NCBI GenBank assembly: GCA_036661515.1
Contig: JAVWYO010000001.1
Coordinates: 8,691-72,690 of the forward strand
DNA length: 64,000 nt
DNA from: Muribaculaceae bacterium
Lineage (GTDB): Bacteria > Bacteroidota > Bacteroidia > Bacteroidales > Muribaculaceae
Reading direction: 5' to 3'
Shown here: one piece after another, positions 1 through 7,944 of the stretch
Layout: each line of letters opens with the position of its first letter
Position numbering within the stretch: position 1 is the stretch's first letter
Notes under the pieces: model-generated
Told to the model about the DNA's origin: nothing
Seen by the model: the letters and a program-made list of their open reading frames with translations, nothing else
The model's database searches: none
Position numbers and translations under genes: made by a program

Positions 1-767
1 TTACTATCATTGCTATCAAGAAGAGCCGTAAGCCCAGCATGTACCATACTTAAATCATCAATTCTACCTGCTGAAATAAATTCTTCGTCCAATCCTACTC
101 TTGTCGACTTTGTAGTGTCATATATTAGTAAATCGAAGTCAATGATATCTTTAATATCGACATCTAACTCTTTTGCAATTAATTTTAAAAGAATATTTTC
201 TCTGCTAATTTCGTCTTTAATTATGCCAAGAATAGGAAGCATATCTTTTTGCTTAGATAATGGGTTCCCTTCATTAACTGAACGGTTAAAGTGGATAGCA
301 AGATGTGGTATTACAAGTATAGGCCGATTTATCTTAATTAGCTGTGTCTTTGGCGACAGTACATCATCGCCTCTTAGCATTACTCTTCCTGCAACAGATA
401 AAGGACGGTCAAACCAAGTGTAAAGGATAGGACCCCCATATACCTCTGTATTAAGTTTTATAATTCCTCCCTCAGTGTTTATTTCCGATTGTGGCTTAAT
501 CCTGAAACAAGGAGAATCGCTATGGGCAGCAATAATTTTAAATCCATGTTTCCACATAGCCTCTTCGCCTAAAATAAAGGCAAATATTGCTGAATCATTT
601 TTTGTTACATAATATTTCTGACCTGGCTTTATATCCCAAGCATCACAAGATTTCAATTCATGAAATCCATTATTATCCAACTCCTTTTTTATAGTATTAA
701 CAGCCAAAAAATCGCAAGGGCTATTATCTAAAAAGTCCATTAACGACGATGCGTATCTATTTTTCAT
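1..767 (-). CDS. M18-family (aspartyl) aminopeptidase, N-terminal 255 codons; the C-terminus lies off the left edge
   Basis: Absent from the supplied ORF track because it runs off the edge. I checked every minus-strand codon from ATG 767-765 down to position 3 and found no stop. The translation MKNRYASSLMDFLDNSPCDF...KIIAAHSDSPCFRIKPQSEI...YGGPILYTWFDRPLSVAGRV...VIPHLAIHFNR shows the M18 aminopeptidase N-terminal pattern. Confidence 0.8.
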   Translation of the reverse strand, partial: MKNRYASSLMDFLDNSPCDFLAVNTIKKELDNNGFHELKSCDAWDIKPGQKYYVTKNDSAIFAFILGEEAMWKHGFKIIAAHSDSPCFRIKPQSEINTEGGIIKLNTEVYGGPILYTWFDRPLSVAGRVMLRGDDVLSPKTQLIKINRPILVIPHLAIHFNRSVNEGNPLSKQKDMLPILGIIKDEISRENILLKLIAKELDVDIKDIIDFDLLIYDTTKSTRVGLDEEFISAGRIDDLSMVHAGLTALLDSNDS

Positions 768-800
768 TTAAGTATATGTGTTTTAATGATTATAAAAAAA

Positions 801-1313
801 TCAATCATTATTGTAATGTAAACTATTTAATGCTCTAAGAACGTTGCATAACTTCTGTCCCCAATATGCCTCAAAATTATCTTTACACAGATACAAAATA
901 TCTTGTGTGTCATCGATTGGAGCCTCTTTTACTGATGAAATAAAATTATATAAATCTTGATATATATCAGCAAGGCATTCCGAGATACTTGCTGCAATAG
1001 GAGTATCTGAATATTTCATATCATCTTCAAAAACTTCAAGATACACGTCATCGGGTCCCATTAAAGTTTCCATATTCCTACGAATACTCTCATAGTAGTC
1101 CTCATCAAGGTACGAATCGATAAAGGTACTACTATCAGAATCCCCTTTAAGCAGATCAGTAGCAGAGATATATAATCGTGGAAGTAATTTCAGTAACGAA
1201 AATATAAATGTTTCGCGTTCGATTTCGCGTGTTGTCTCTATTTCATTGCAATATTCATTTGCCAAAGCAATAAAGGCAATGCTATTAGTACTAAGTTTAC
1301 TCGAATTTTCCAT
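801..1313 (-). CDS. conserved acidic hypothetical protein, 170 aa (resembles the Bacteroidetes DUF5063 family; name from memory, unverified)
   Basis: ATG-started ORF 11 nt downstream of the nadD stop on the same strand, with no competing ORF. Confidence 0.6.
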   Translation of the reverse strand: MENSSKLSTNSIAFIALANEYCNEIETTREIERETFIFSLLKLLPRLYISATDLLKGDSDSSTFIDSYLDEDYYESIRRNMETLMGPDDVYLEVFEDDMKYSDTPIAASISECLADIYQDLYNFISSVKEAPIDDTQDILYLCKDNFEAYWGQKLCNVLRALNSLHYNND

Positions 1314-1324
1314 AACATATCACA

Positions 1325-1915
1325 TTAAACGGTTTTATTTTCAATATATAACGAATTACGAAGCACAAAATCATATACATTTTCTGGCAAAAAAAAGTTC
1401 ATGTTTTTACCTGCTTTTATTCCTTCTCTTATGAACGATGATGATATTTCAATAATCGGTGCTTTGGTAAGAAACGTTACATTTTTTACTATATTTTTGT
1501 CATCAATATTATATCCATTACGAGGATACACTATCACGCCATATCTTTGTATTATAAGTTCATTATCTTTCCATTTGTCAAAATTTGCCCAATTATCTGC
1601 GCCAATAATTATTACAAATTCATCATCTGGAAATTTGGCCGAAAGGGCATTGAGCGTATTTATTGTATATGATGGTCGTGGTAACGTGTATTCAAATCCC
1701 GATGTAATAACATCTTTACAACCTTTTGACACCATCTCTGCCATTCTCAGTCTCACGCTGTCATCTTTTAGATTGCATGAGCCCTTTAATGGATTTTCAG
1801 GCGATACCATGAGCCACACTTTATCAACATCAGTGTATTGACTAATGTAGTTGGCAAGCATTGCATGCCCAATGTGGATAGGGTTAAACGACCCACCGAA
1901 AATACCTATCTTCAT
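1325..1915 (-). CDS. nadD: nicotinate-nucleotide adenylyltransferase
   Basis: 196 aa with the N-terminal GIFGGSFNPIHIGH (HxGH nucleotidyltransferase motif). Confidence 0.9.
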   Translation of the reverse strand: MKIGIFGGSFNPIHIGHAMLANYISQYTDVDKVWLMVSPENPLKGSCNLKDDSVRLRMAEMVSKGCKDVITSGFEYTLPRPSYTINTLNALSAKFPDDEFVIIIGADNWANFDKWKDNELIIQRYGVIVYPRNGYNIDDKNIVKNVTFLTKAPIIEISSSFIREGIKAGKNMNFFLPENVYDFVLRNSLYIENKTV

Positions 1916-1929
1916 ATATACTGCGTCTA

Positions 1930-2502
1930 TTATTTACTTATAAAAGATTTTATGACATCGTGAGTTTCATTGATAGCGTCCATTAAAATATCATTTATAA
2001 CTATTTTATCAAATTCTGGAGCAAATGAAATTTCAAAAGATGCTTTATCCACACGCTGATTAATAGCATCTATCGTATCAGTCCCTCGTGATAAAAGACG
2101 ATGTTTAAGAGTGTCAATGCTTGGTGGCTGAATAAAAATAGACAACGCATCATCTTTAAATTGCTTTTTCACATTAATCCCTCCTTTTACATCAATGTCA
2201 AGAATGACATTTCTGCCTGATTCTCTAATACGGGCTATCTCTTTGCGTAGAGTACCATAAAATCGACCTGGATACACCTCTTCATATTCAACAAGTTCAT
2301 TTTCAGTAATTGCCTTATTAAAATCATCTAATGATAAAAAGTAATAGCTCACGCCATCTTGTTCACCACGACGTGGCTCTCTATTGGTTGCCGAAATAGA
2401 AAACTCCATATTTAAGTCATTACCTTTTATAAGCTCACTTATAATAGTAGATTTTCCACAACCCGATGGTGCTGATATAATTATTATTTTACCTATTGCC
2501 AT
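1930..2502 (-). CDS. gmk: guanylate kinase
   Basis: 190 aa with the P-loop SAPSGCGKST and a guanylate-kinase core (EEVYPGRFYGT). Confidence 0.92.
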   Translation of the reverse strand: MAIGKIIIISAPSGCGKSTIISELIKGNDLNMEFSISATNREPRRGEQDGVSYYFLSLDDFNKAITENELVEYEEVYPGRFYGTLRKEIARIRESGRNVILDIDVKGGINVKKQFKDDALSIFIQPPSIDTLKHRLLSRGTDTIDAINQRVDKASFEISFAPEFDKIVINDILMDAINETHDVIKSFISK

Positions 2503-2511
2503 ATATGAATC

Positions 2512-3387
2512 TTACATTATATTTAATACCTGTTCCTTCATTTGTTCAAGTTCATCTTTCATTCTCACAACAATACGTTGCATTTCGGGGTGGTTAGATT
2601 TTGAGCCAAGAGTATTAATTTCTCTTCCCATCTCTTGAGTGATAAAGCCTAATTTTTTTCCTTGCCCATGCCCATTATTCATTGTGTCGATAAAATAATC
2701 AAGATGATTGCGTAGGCGAAGTTTCTCTTCATTAATATCTAATTTCTCTATGTAAAATATCATTTCTTGCTCAAATCTACCTCTGTCATATTCTGCACCC
2801 TCCATTTTTGCAAGAGATTCTTGAATACGTGATTTAATTTTAGTCACACGCTCTGCCTCATAAGGTTCCACATCTTTCAATCGTGCGCTAATATTAGCAA
2901 TTTTCTCTTTAAAGAATGTTTCCAATCGTGCACCTTCTTGTGCCCGAAAAGCAATAAGCGAATGTATTGCTTTATCCACTGCTTCAGTTAGAACAACTAA
3001 TTCTCCATCATCTATCACATCACCATCATTTGATTTCAAGGCATCAGGTAAGCGCAATAATGTAGCATACCAATCTTGAGGTAAAGGAATATTTAAATTT
3101 TTCGACATTTCCTCAATTTGTAATTTGTATGATGTGAGTAGTGGTATATTCAAAGGAACTACTACATTATTACTATTAGTCTCAGCAGAAATATATAAAT
3201 CTACTTTCCCTCGTTCAAGAAGTCGTGAAACGTTATTGCGTAACTCAAGTTCTTTTTCACGATATATTTGTGGGAGTCTCACCGACAAATCAAGCTGTTT
3301 ACTGTTTAGTGATTTGATTTCCACAGTGATTTTCTTATTATTATAAGTAATGACTGCTTTGCCAAATCCTGTCATTGATAGAATCAT
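2512..3387 (-). CDS. yicC: YicC/YloC-family stress-induced protein
   Basis: 291 aa with an N-terminal MTGFG and the C-terminal QEMGREINTLGSKS motif. Confidence 0.85.
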   Translation of the reverse strand: MILSMTGFGKAVITYNNKKITVEIKSLNSKQLDLSVRLPQIYREKELELRNNVSRLLERGKVDLYISAETNSNNVVVPLNIPLLTSYKLQIEEMSKNLNIPLPQDWYATLLRLPDALKSNDGDVIDDGELVVLTEAVDKAIHSLIAFRAQEGARLETFFKEKIANISARLKDVEPYEAERVTKIKSRIQESLAKMEGAEYDRGRFEQEMIFYIEKLDINEEKLRLRNHLDYFIDTMNNGHGQGKKLGFITQEMGREINTLGSKSNHPEMQRIVVRMKDELEQMKEQVLNIM

Positions 3388-3402
3388 TATAAAGTTTTTT
3401 TA

Positions 3403-3410
3403 CAAAATTA
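3403..3410 (-). promoter_or_regulatory. Bacteroidetes -7 box (TAnnTTTG) for yicC-gmk-nadD
   Basis: Minus-strand TAATTTTG, 15 nt upstream of the yicC ATG. Confidence 0.45.
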
Positions 3411-3453
3411 ATGCGATATTTGAAAGCAATGGCAATAAAAACAGAAAAAGTGG

Positions 3454-3461
3454 TAATTTTG
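3454..3461 (+). promoter_or_regulatory. -7 box for tsaB
   Basis: TAATTTTG, 20 nt upstream of ATG 3482. Confidence 0.5.
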
Positions 3462-3481
3462 CACTAATTATTTTTACTGAC

Positions 3482-4177
3482 ATGGCAAATATACTAAATA
3501 TTGAGACATCAACCGATGTTTGTTCGGTAGCTCTTTCTTCAGAAGGTGGAATTTTAATTCATCACGAAGATTTTAAAGGTCAAAATCATGCACTACTTTT
3601 AAGTGGATTCATTGAAGATGTCCTAAAATATGTAGCCAGTAGAGAGATAAAACTCGATGCTGTGGCTATAAGCATAGGTCCTGGTTCTTATACAGGTCTT
3701 AGAATTGGATTATCTGAGGCTAAAGGATTATGTTTTGGGCTCGGAATACCATTGATTGGTATTGATACACTTAAACTACTGGCTGTATCTGTAATGTTTA
3801 ATCATGAAATTACAGATGACGACACCTTATTCGTGCCAATGATTGACGCACGGCGTATGGAGGTATTTACTGGTGTATATGACATTGCTCTTAATGAGAT
3901 TATCAAGCAAGCCCCATTAATTATTGATGAAAATGCTTTTAGCGATTTAATTAATACTGGAAAGAAATTATTATTCTTCGGAAATGGTGCCGAGAAAACC
4001 TACAATGCAATAAAAAATGATAATATCAAGTTTATTCCTAATATTAAACCTGTCGCTTTGGATATGATAGCTTTATCGGAAAAGGCATTTCGTAATAATG
4101 ATTTTATTGATTTAGCATATTCTACACCAAAATATCTCAAAGAATTTCAAGCCACAATATCAAAAAAAGCGTTATAA
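3482..4177 (+). CDS. tsaB: tRNA t6A37 biosynthesis protein TsaB (YeaZ family)
   Basis: The track ORF starts at 3350, inside the divergent promoter. The ATG at 3482 gives MANILNIETSTDVCSVAL. The protein carries a GPGSYTGLRIG motif, and a TAATTTTG box lies 20 nt upstream. Confidence 0.85.
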   Translation: MANILNIETSTDVCSVALSSEGGILIHHEDFKGQNHALLLSGFIEDVLKYVASREIKLDAVAISIGPGSYTGLRIGLSEAKGLCFGLGIPLIGIDTLKLLAVSVMFNHEITDDDTLFVPMIDARRMEVFTGVYDIALNEIIKQAPLIIDENAFSDLINTGKKLLFFGNGAEKTYNAIKNDNIKFIPNIKPVALDMIALSEKAFRNNDFIDLAYSTPKYLKEFQATISKKAL

Positions 4178-4234
4178 TTAATAACAAGATTGAGATTTTA
4201 TTGATTATAAATTAACTCAGTCATTTTAATTGTC

Positions 4235-4242
4235 TATATTTG
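4235..4242 (+). promoter_or_regulatory. -7 box for the DUF4290-murA-rimM unit
   Basis: TATATTTG, 3 nt before ATG 4246 and 27 nt before ATG 4270. Confidence 0.45.
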
Positions 4243-4269
4243 TATATGAATAATTATCCCGATTTAGAT

Positions 4270-4872
4270 ATGCTAAAATATAATTCACAACTAAAATCAC
4301 TTGTACTGCCTGAATATGGTAGAAATGTACAACAAATGATTGATCATTGTGTTGCTATCCCTGATAAGGAAGAGCGCACTCGTTGTGCATTCTCCATAAT
4401 TCAAATTATGGGAAACCTGTTTCCTCATCTTAGAGATGTTGAAGATTTTAAACACAAGTTATGGGACCATCTTGCAATAATGTCGGGTTTTAAACTCGAT
4501 ATAGATTTCCCATGCGAAGTAATAAAGGAGGAAAATCTCTTCACAAAGCCCGAAAAAGTGGATTACAAGTTATCTCCAATAAAATTTCGTCATTATGGCA
4601 AGACTATTGAGATGATGATTGAGCGGGCTGCGGTGTATCCCGAAGGAGAAGAAAAAGATGTTCTCATTTCGCTTATCGCTCATCACATGAAGAAATTAAT
4701 ATTTTCTATAAATAAAGATGGCGTGGAAGATGAGAAGATTCTTAATGATCTCTATCACTATTCTCATGGGAAAATAAAGCTCGATGCCGCTACTTATAAG
4801 TTGCGAGTATTCAAGGAAGCACCTGCGCCACAGCAAGCTCCTGCACGTAAAATGAGAAAGAAATCAAAATAA
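4270..4872 (+). CDS. DUF4290-like conserved protein that precedes murA in Bacteroidetes
   Basis: The track start 4240 is a TTG inside a TATATTTG promoter box. Candidate starts are ATG 4246 or ATG 4270 (MLKYNSQLKSLVLPEYGRNVQQM). The family name is from memory. Confidence 0.7.
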   Translation: MLKYNSQLKSLVLPEYGRNVQQMIDHCVAIPDKEERTRCAFSIIQIMGNLFPHLRDVEDFKHKLWDHLAIMSGFKLDIDFPCEVIKEENLFTKPEKVDYKLSPIKFRHYGKTIEMMIERAAVYPEGEEKDVLISLIAHHMKKLIFSINKDGVEDEKILNDLYHYSHGKIKLDAATYKLRVFKEAPAPQQAPARKMRKKSK

Positions 4873-4903
4873 ATATTACTAACCTTATATAAAACGTATA
4901 GCC

Positions 4904-6211
4904 ATGAGTACATTTGTAGTAGAAGGTGGTCATAAACTCCATGGAGATATTTTCCCACAAGGGGCAAAGAATGAAGCATTAGAGATACTTTGTGCAACAT
5001 TATTAACCCCCGACAAAGTTACTATTTCCAATCTTCCCGACATTCTTGATGTGAATAACTTGATTTCCCTCTTAAAGGATATGGGGGTGAAGGTTACAAA
5101 AGAAGCACAGGGCAGTTACATATTTCAAGCAAATAACATAAATCTTAATTATTTGCAAGATAAAGAATTCTTGTCTAAAGCAGCATCACTTCGTGGCTCT
5201 GTAATGATTATAGGTCCATTAGTTGCACGTTTTGGATATGCAGTTCTACCTAAGCCCGGTGGCGATAAAATTGGTCGTCGCCGCTTAGATACTCACTTTA
5301 TAGGTATTCAAAAACTTGGCGCTGAATTTAATTATAAATCAGCAGAGCATCTTTATGAAGTAAAAGCCGACAAATTAAAAGGTGCATATATGCTCCTTGA
5401 TGAAGCATCTGTTACTGGTACTGCAAATATATTAATGGCAGCAGTACTTGCTGAGGGTAAAACTACAATATACAATGCTGCATGTGAGCCTTATATTCAA
5501 CAATTGTCAAAAATGCTCATTTCTATGGGCGCAAATATTTCTGGCGTGGGTTCAAATCTCCTTATTATAGAAGGAGTAAAAGAACTACATGGCTGCAAAC
5601 ATCGTATTCTACCCGATATGATTGAAGTAGGCAGCTTTATTGGTATGGCTGCTATGACTGGTTCTGAAATAACACTTAAAAATGTGTCATTCGATGATTT
5701 AGGAATTATTCCCGATAGCTTCAAGCGACTCGGTATAACTATCGAACATAGGAATGATGATATTTATATTCCATCTCATGATGGGTATGAGATAGAAACA
5801 TTCATAGATGGTTCAATAATGACATTTGCCGATGCTACATGGCCTGGACTATCGCCCGACTTGCTAAGTGTGTTCTTAGTCGTTGCCACACAAGCAAAGG
5901 GGTGTGTGTTGATACATCAAAAAATGTTTGAAAGCAGGTTATTCTTTGTAGATAAACTCATTGATATGGGTGCTCAAATAATTCTTTGTGATCCTCACCG
6001 CGCAGCGGTAATTGGTTCTGGAAAAATAAACTCTTTGCGTGCCACTAACATGGTATCTCCAGATATTCGTGCTGGTATTGCAATGCTTATTGCAGCTATG
6101 TCGGCAAAAGGGACGAGCTATATTCATAATATAGATCAAATTGACCGTGGCTATCAAGACATCGACAAGCGCCTCAATGAAATTGGAGCTAATATAATTC
6201 GCACATCTTAG
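4904..6211 (+). CDS. murA: UDP-N-acetylglucosamine 1-carboxyvinyltransferase
   Basis: 435 aa with KNEALEILCATLL and the active-site loop LPKPGGDKIGRRRLD (aligned to E. coli LPGGCTIGARPVD). Length and C-terminus are typical of MurA. Confidence 0.95.
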   Translation: MSTFVVEGGHKLHGDIFPQGAKNEALEILCATLLTPDKVTISNLPDILDVNNLISLLKDMGVKVTKEAQGSYIFQANNINLNYLQDKEFLSKAASLRGSVMIIGPLVARFGYAVLPKPGGDKIGRRRLDTHFIGIQKLGAEFNYKSAEHLYEVKADKLKGAYMLLDEASVTGTANILMAAVLAEGKTTIYNAACEPYIQQLSKMLISMGANISGVGSNLLIIEGVKELHGCKHRILPDMIEVGSFIGMAAMTGSEITLKNVSFDDLGIIPDSFKRLGITIEHRNDDIYIPSHDGYEIETFIDGSIMTFADATWPGLSPDLLSVFLVVATQAKGCVLIHQKMFESRLFFVDKLIDMGAQIILCDPHRAAVIGSGKINSLRATNMVSPDIRAGIAMLIAAMSAKGTSYIHNIDQIDRGYQDIDKRLNEIGANIIRTS

Positions 6212-6225
6212 AACACTAATAATCA

Positions 6226-6744
6226 ATGATTACGAGAGAAGAAATCATAGAAATTGGCTCATTTAATAAACCGCATGGAATTTCAGGCGAAATTTCGGCT
6301 TCTTTCATTTGTGATGCCAGTGAAGTCAAAAAATTCAGTTGCCTTATAATTGATATAAATGGTATTTTTGTCCCATTCTTTATTGAAGGAATAAGAGAGA
6401 AAAATGACCACACATTATTACTTAAACTAAGTGATATTGATTCCGAAGAAAGTGCTAAAGGTTTCTACAAAAATGATATATTTGCACTGAAAAATGAATA
6501 TATCGAAAGCGAAGTTGAAGAAGCACCAGCCGATTTCTTTATAGGGTTTAAAGTCATTGATTCAAAATTAGGACTAATTGGTGAGATTGTCGATATTGAC
6601 GATTCAACCGAGAATGCATTGTTTATAATCGAAAAAGATGACAACGAATATTATATTCCAATCACCGACGATTTCATTAATGATATTGATGAAGATAAAA
6701 ATATTATCTATATGTCACTACCAGAAGGAATCCTTAATTTATGA
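6226..6744 (+). CDS. rimM: 16S rRNA processing protein RimM
   Basis: 172 aa, 14 nt after murA. The N-terminal IGSFNKPHGISGEI pattern and the domain size fit RimM. Confidence 0.85.
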   Translation: MITREEIIEIGSFNKPHGISGEISASFICDASEVKKFSCLIIDINGIFVPFFIEGIREKNDHTLLLKLSDIDSEESAKGFYKNDIFALKNEYIESEVEEAPADFFIGFKVIDSKLGLIGEIVDIDDSTENALFIIEKDDNEYYIPITDDFINDIDEDKNIIYMSLPEGILNL

Positions 6745-6862
6745 TTTTTTGTATGAGTTGGAGCAATAGTATTAAATAATTATAAAAAACATGCTTCCAA
6801 CGAAATACCAATCAGTTATTTATTTAATTTAGCAATTCAAAACCGAAAAAATATTATACGTT

Positions 6863-7189
6863 ATGAGCGATAATGAAATTAAAGAATATGATGAAGATGA
6901 AGCTATAAAATTCATCAAAAATTTTATTCCGCAAGAGATTAAAAACAAGTATAGCGATGACGATATCCTTATCATTATGGATATAATGTTTGATTATTAT
7001 GAAGATAAAGGATATCTTGATATCGATAACGATGATGAAGAAAGCGATATTAGTATCCCTGACTTAGTTGGTCATGTTAAAAATACGCTTCGCAAGGATA
7101 TTGATAATGTCATAGAAATGGACGATGTCATGAGCCTTGTGCTTGGCGAATTAGAATATGAGAAATCAATCGGAATGTATGAGGATTAG
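6863..7189 (+). CDS. very acidic hypothetical protein, 108 aa
   Basis: ATG ORF with 33 D/E versus 10 K/R by my count. Its stop lies 4 nt before the next gene's start. Confidence 0.55.
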   Translation: MSDNEIKEYDEDEAIKFIKNFIPQEIKNKYSDDDILIIMDIMFDYYEDKGYLDIDNDDEESDISIPDLVGHVKNTLRKDIDNVIEMDDVMSLVLGELEYEKSIGMYED

Positions 7190-7193
7190 ATGA

Positions 7194-7871
7194 ATGTTTA
7201 ATAAAAAAATATATATAATTGCCTGTTCAATATTCCTTTCTGCGTTTTTTTCCCCAGTTACAAGCTATGGAAAAGATGGTGGGGAAAAATATAATAACGT
7301 AAAAGAAAAATCATCTAAGGCTCAAAAAGTAGCCGAAGATTTATATGATTTGACACTTGAAGAAAACTTTGAACGCCCTCATCTTGGTAAATATGCTAAT
7401 AAAATAGCTCCATTTCAAAAAGAACAAGCTAAGGCATTAAAACGTGAAAAATTTAAGACCGAATTAATGCGTAATGGAGAAGTTATTGTTATAACAATTC
7501 CTGCGGGGAATCTATATTTACCAAATGATACCGCCCTTTGTGACGCTGCTTCGATATATCTTCGCCCGTTTTTGAAATTTCTTAAAACGCCCGACATGTA
7601 TCGATTAATGCTTGTTATGCACACTGATAATACGGGAACTGATAACTATACTTTTAATCTTTCTAAGACAAGAGTAGAAGCAGTATTTGATTGGTTTGAT
7701 AACCAAAAAATAAATACCGATTTTATAATTCCTTATGCTCTTGGTGGCAGTGAGCCAATGCTTTCTAATAATTCTTCAGTAAATAGAGCCGAGAACCGAC
7801 GATTAGAAATATACATTGTGCCAGGGAAGGCTATGATTGAAATGGCTAAAAAAGGCACAATTACATTATGA
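7194..7871 (+). CDS. OmpA-family (peptidoglycan-binding) exported protein
   Basis: 225 aa with an N-terminal signal peptide and a C-terminal OmpA-like pattern, HTDNTGT...LSKTRVEAV...NRAENRRLEIYI. Confidence 0.8.
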   Translation: MFNKKIYIIACSIFLSAFFSPVTSYGKDGGEKYNNVKEKSSKAQKVAEDLYDLTLEENFERPHLGKYANKIAPFQKEQAKALKREKFKTELMRNGEVIVITIPAGNLYLPNDTALCDAASIYLRPFLKFLKTPDMYRLMLVMHTDNTGTDNYTFNLSKTRVEAVFDWFDNQKINTDFIIPYALGGSEPMLSNNSSVNRAENRRLEIYIVPGKAMIEMAKKGTITL

Positions 7872-7882
7872 TTTTTGTGCCC

Positions 7883-7914
7883 AATGTGCAAATTATTGAC
7901 TAATTTTGCACATT
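7883..7914. promoter_or_regulatory. 10-bp inverted repeat AATGTGCAAA-N12-TTTGCACATT between the ompA-like stop and the proS start
   Basis: The arms are perfect, and the right arm overlaps the proS -7 box. It may be the ompA-like terminator, an operator, or both. Confidence 0.4.
7901..7908 (+). promoter_or_regulatory. -7 box for proS
   Basis: TAATTTTG, 36 nt upstream of the ATG. It overlaps the right arm of the inverted repeat at 7883-7914. Confidence 0.45.
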
Positions 7915-7944
7915 ATTTCTGTATAAATTAAAGTAATATATATA

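Noticed and set aside
10-423. 137-aa plus-strand ORF from the track.
   Set aside because: It lies entirely antisense to the open M18 aminopeptidase frame. Its composition is low-complexity S/I/L and it has no motif.
3350-3481. N-terminal extensions in the track: 3350, 4240, 17692, 19023, 32351, 33790, 41456, 49231, 60103 and 61203.
   Set aside because: Most of these begin at TTG or GTG or another far-upstream codon, and several contain a promoter box or terminator stem. A downstream ATG gives the canonical family N-terminus in each case.
6745-6862. Imperfect hairpin GTTGGAGCA...TGCTTCCAAC after rimM.
   Set aside because: It has a 27-nt loop, a bulge and no T-tract, which is too weak to call as a terminator.
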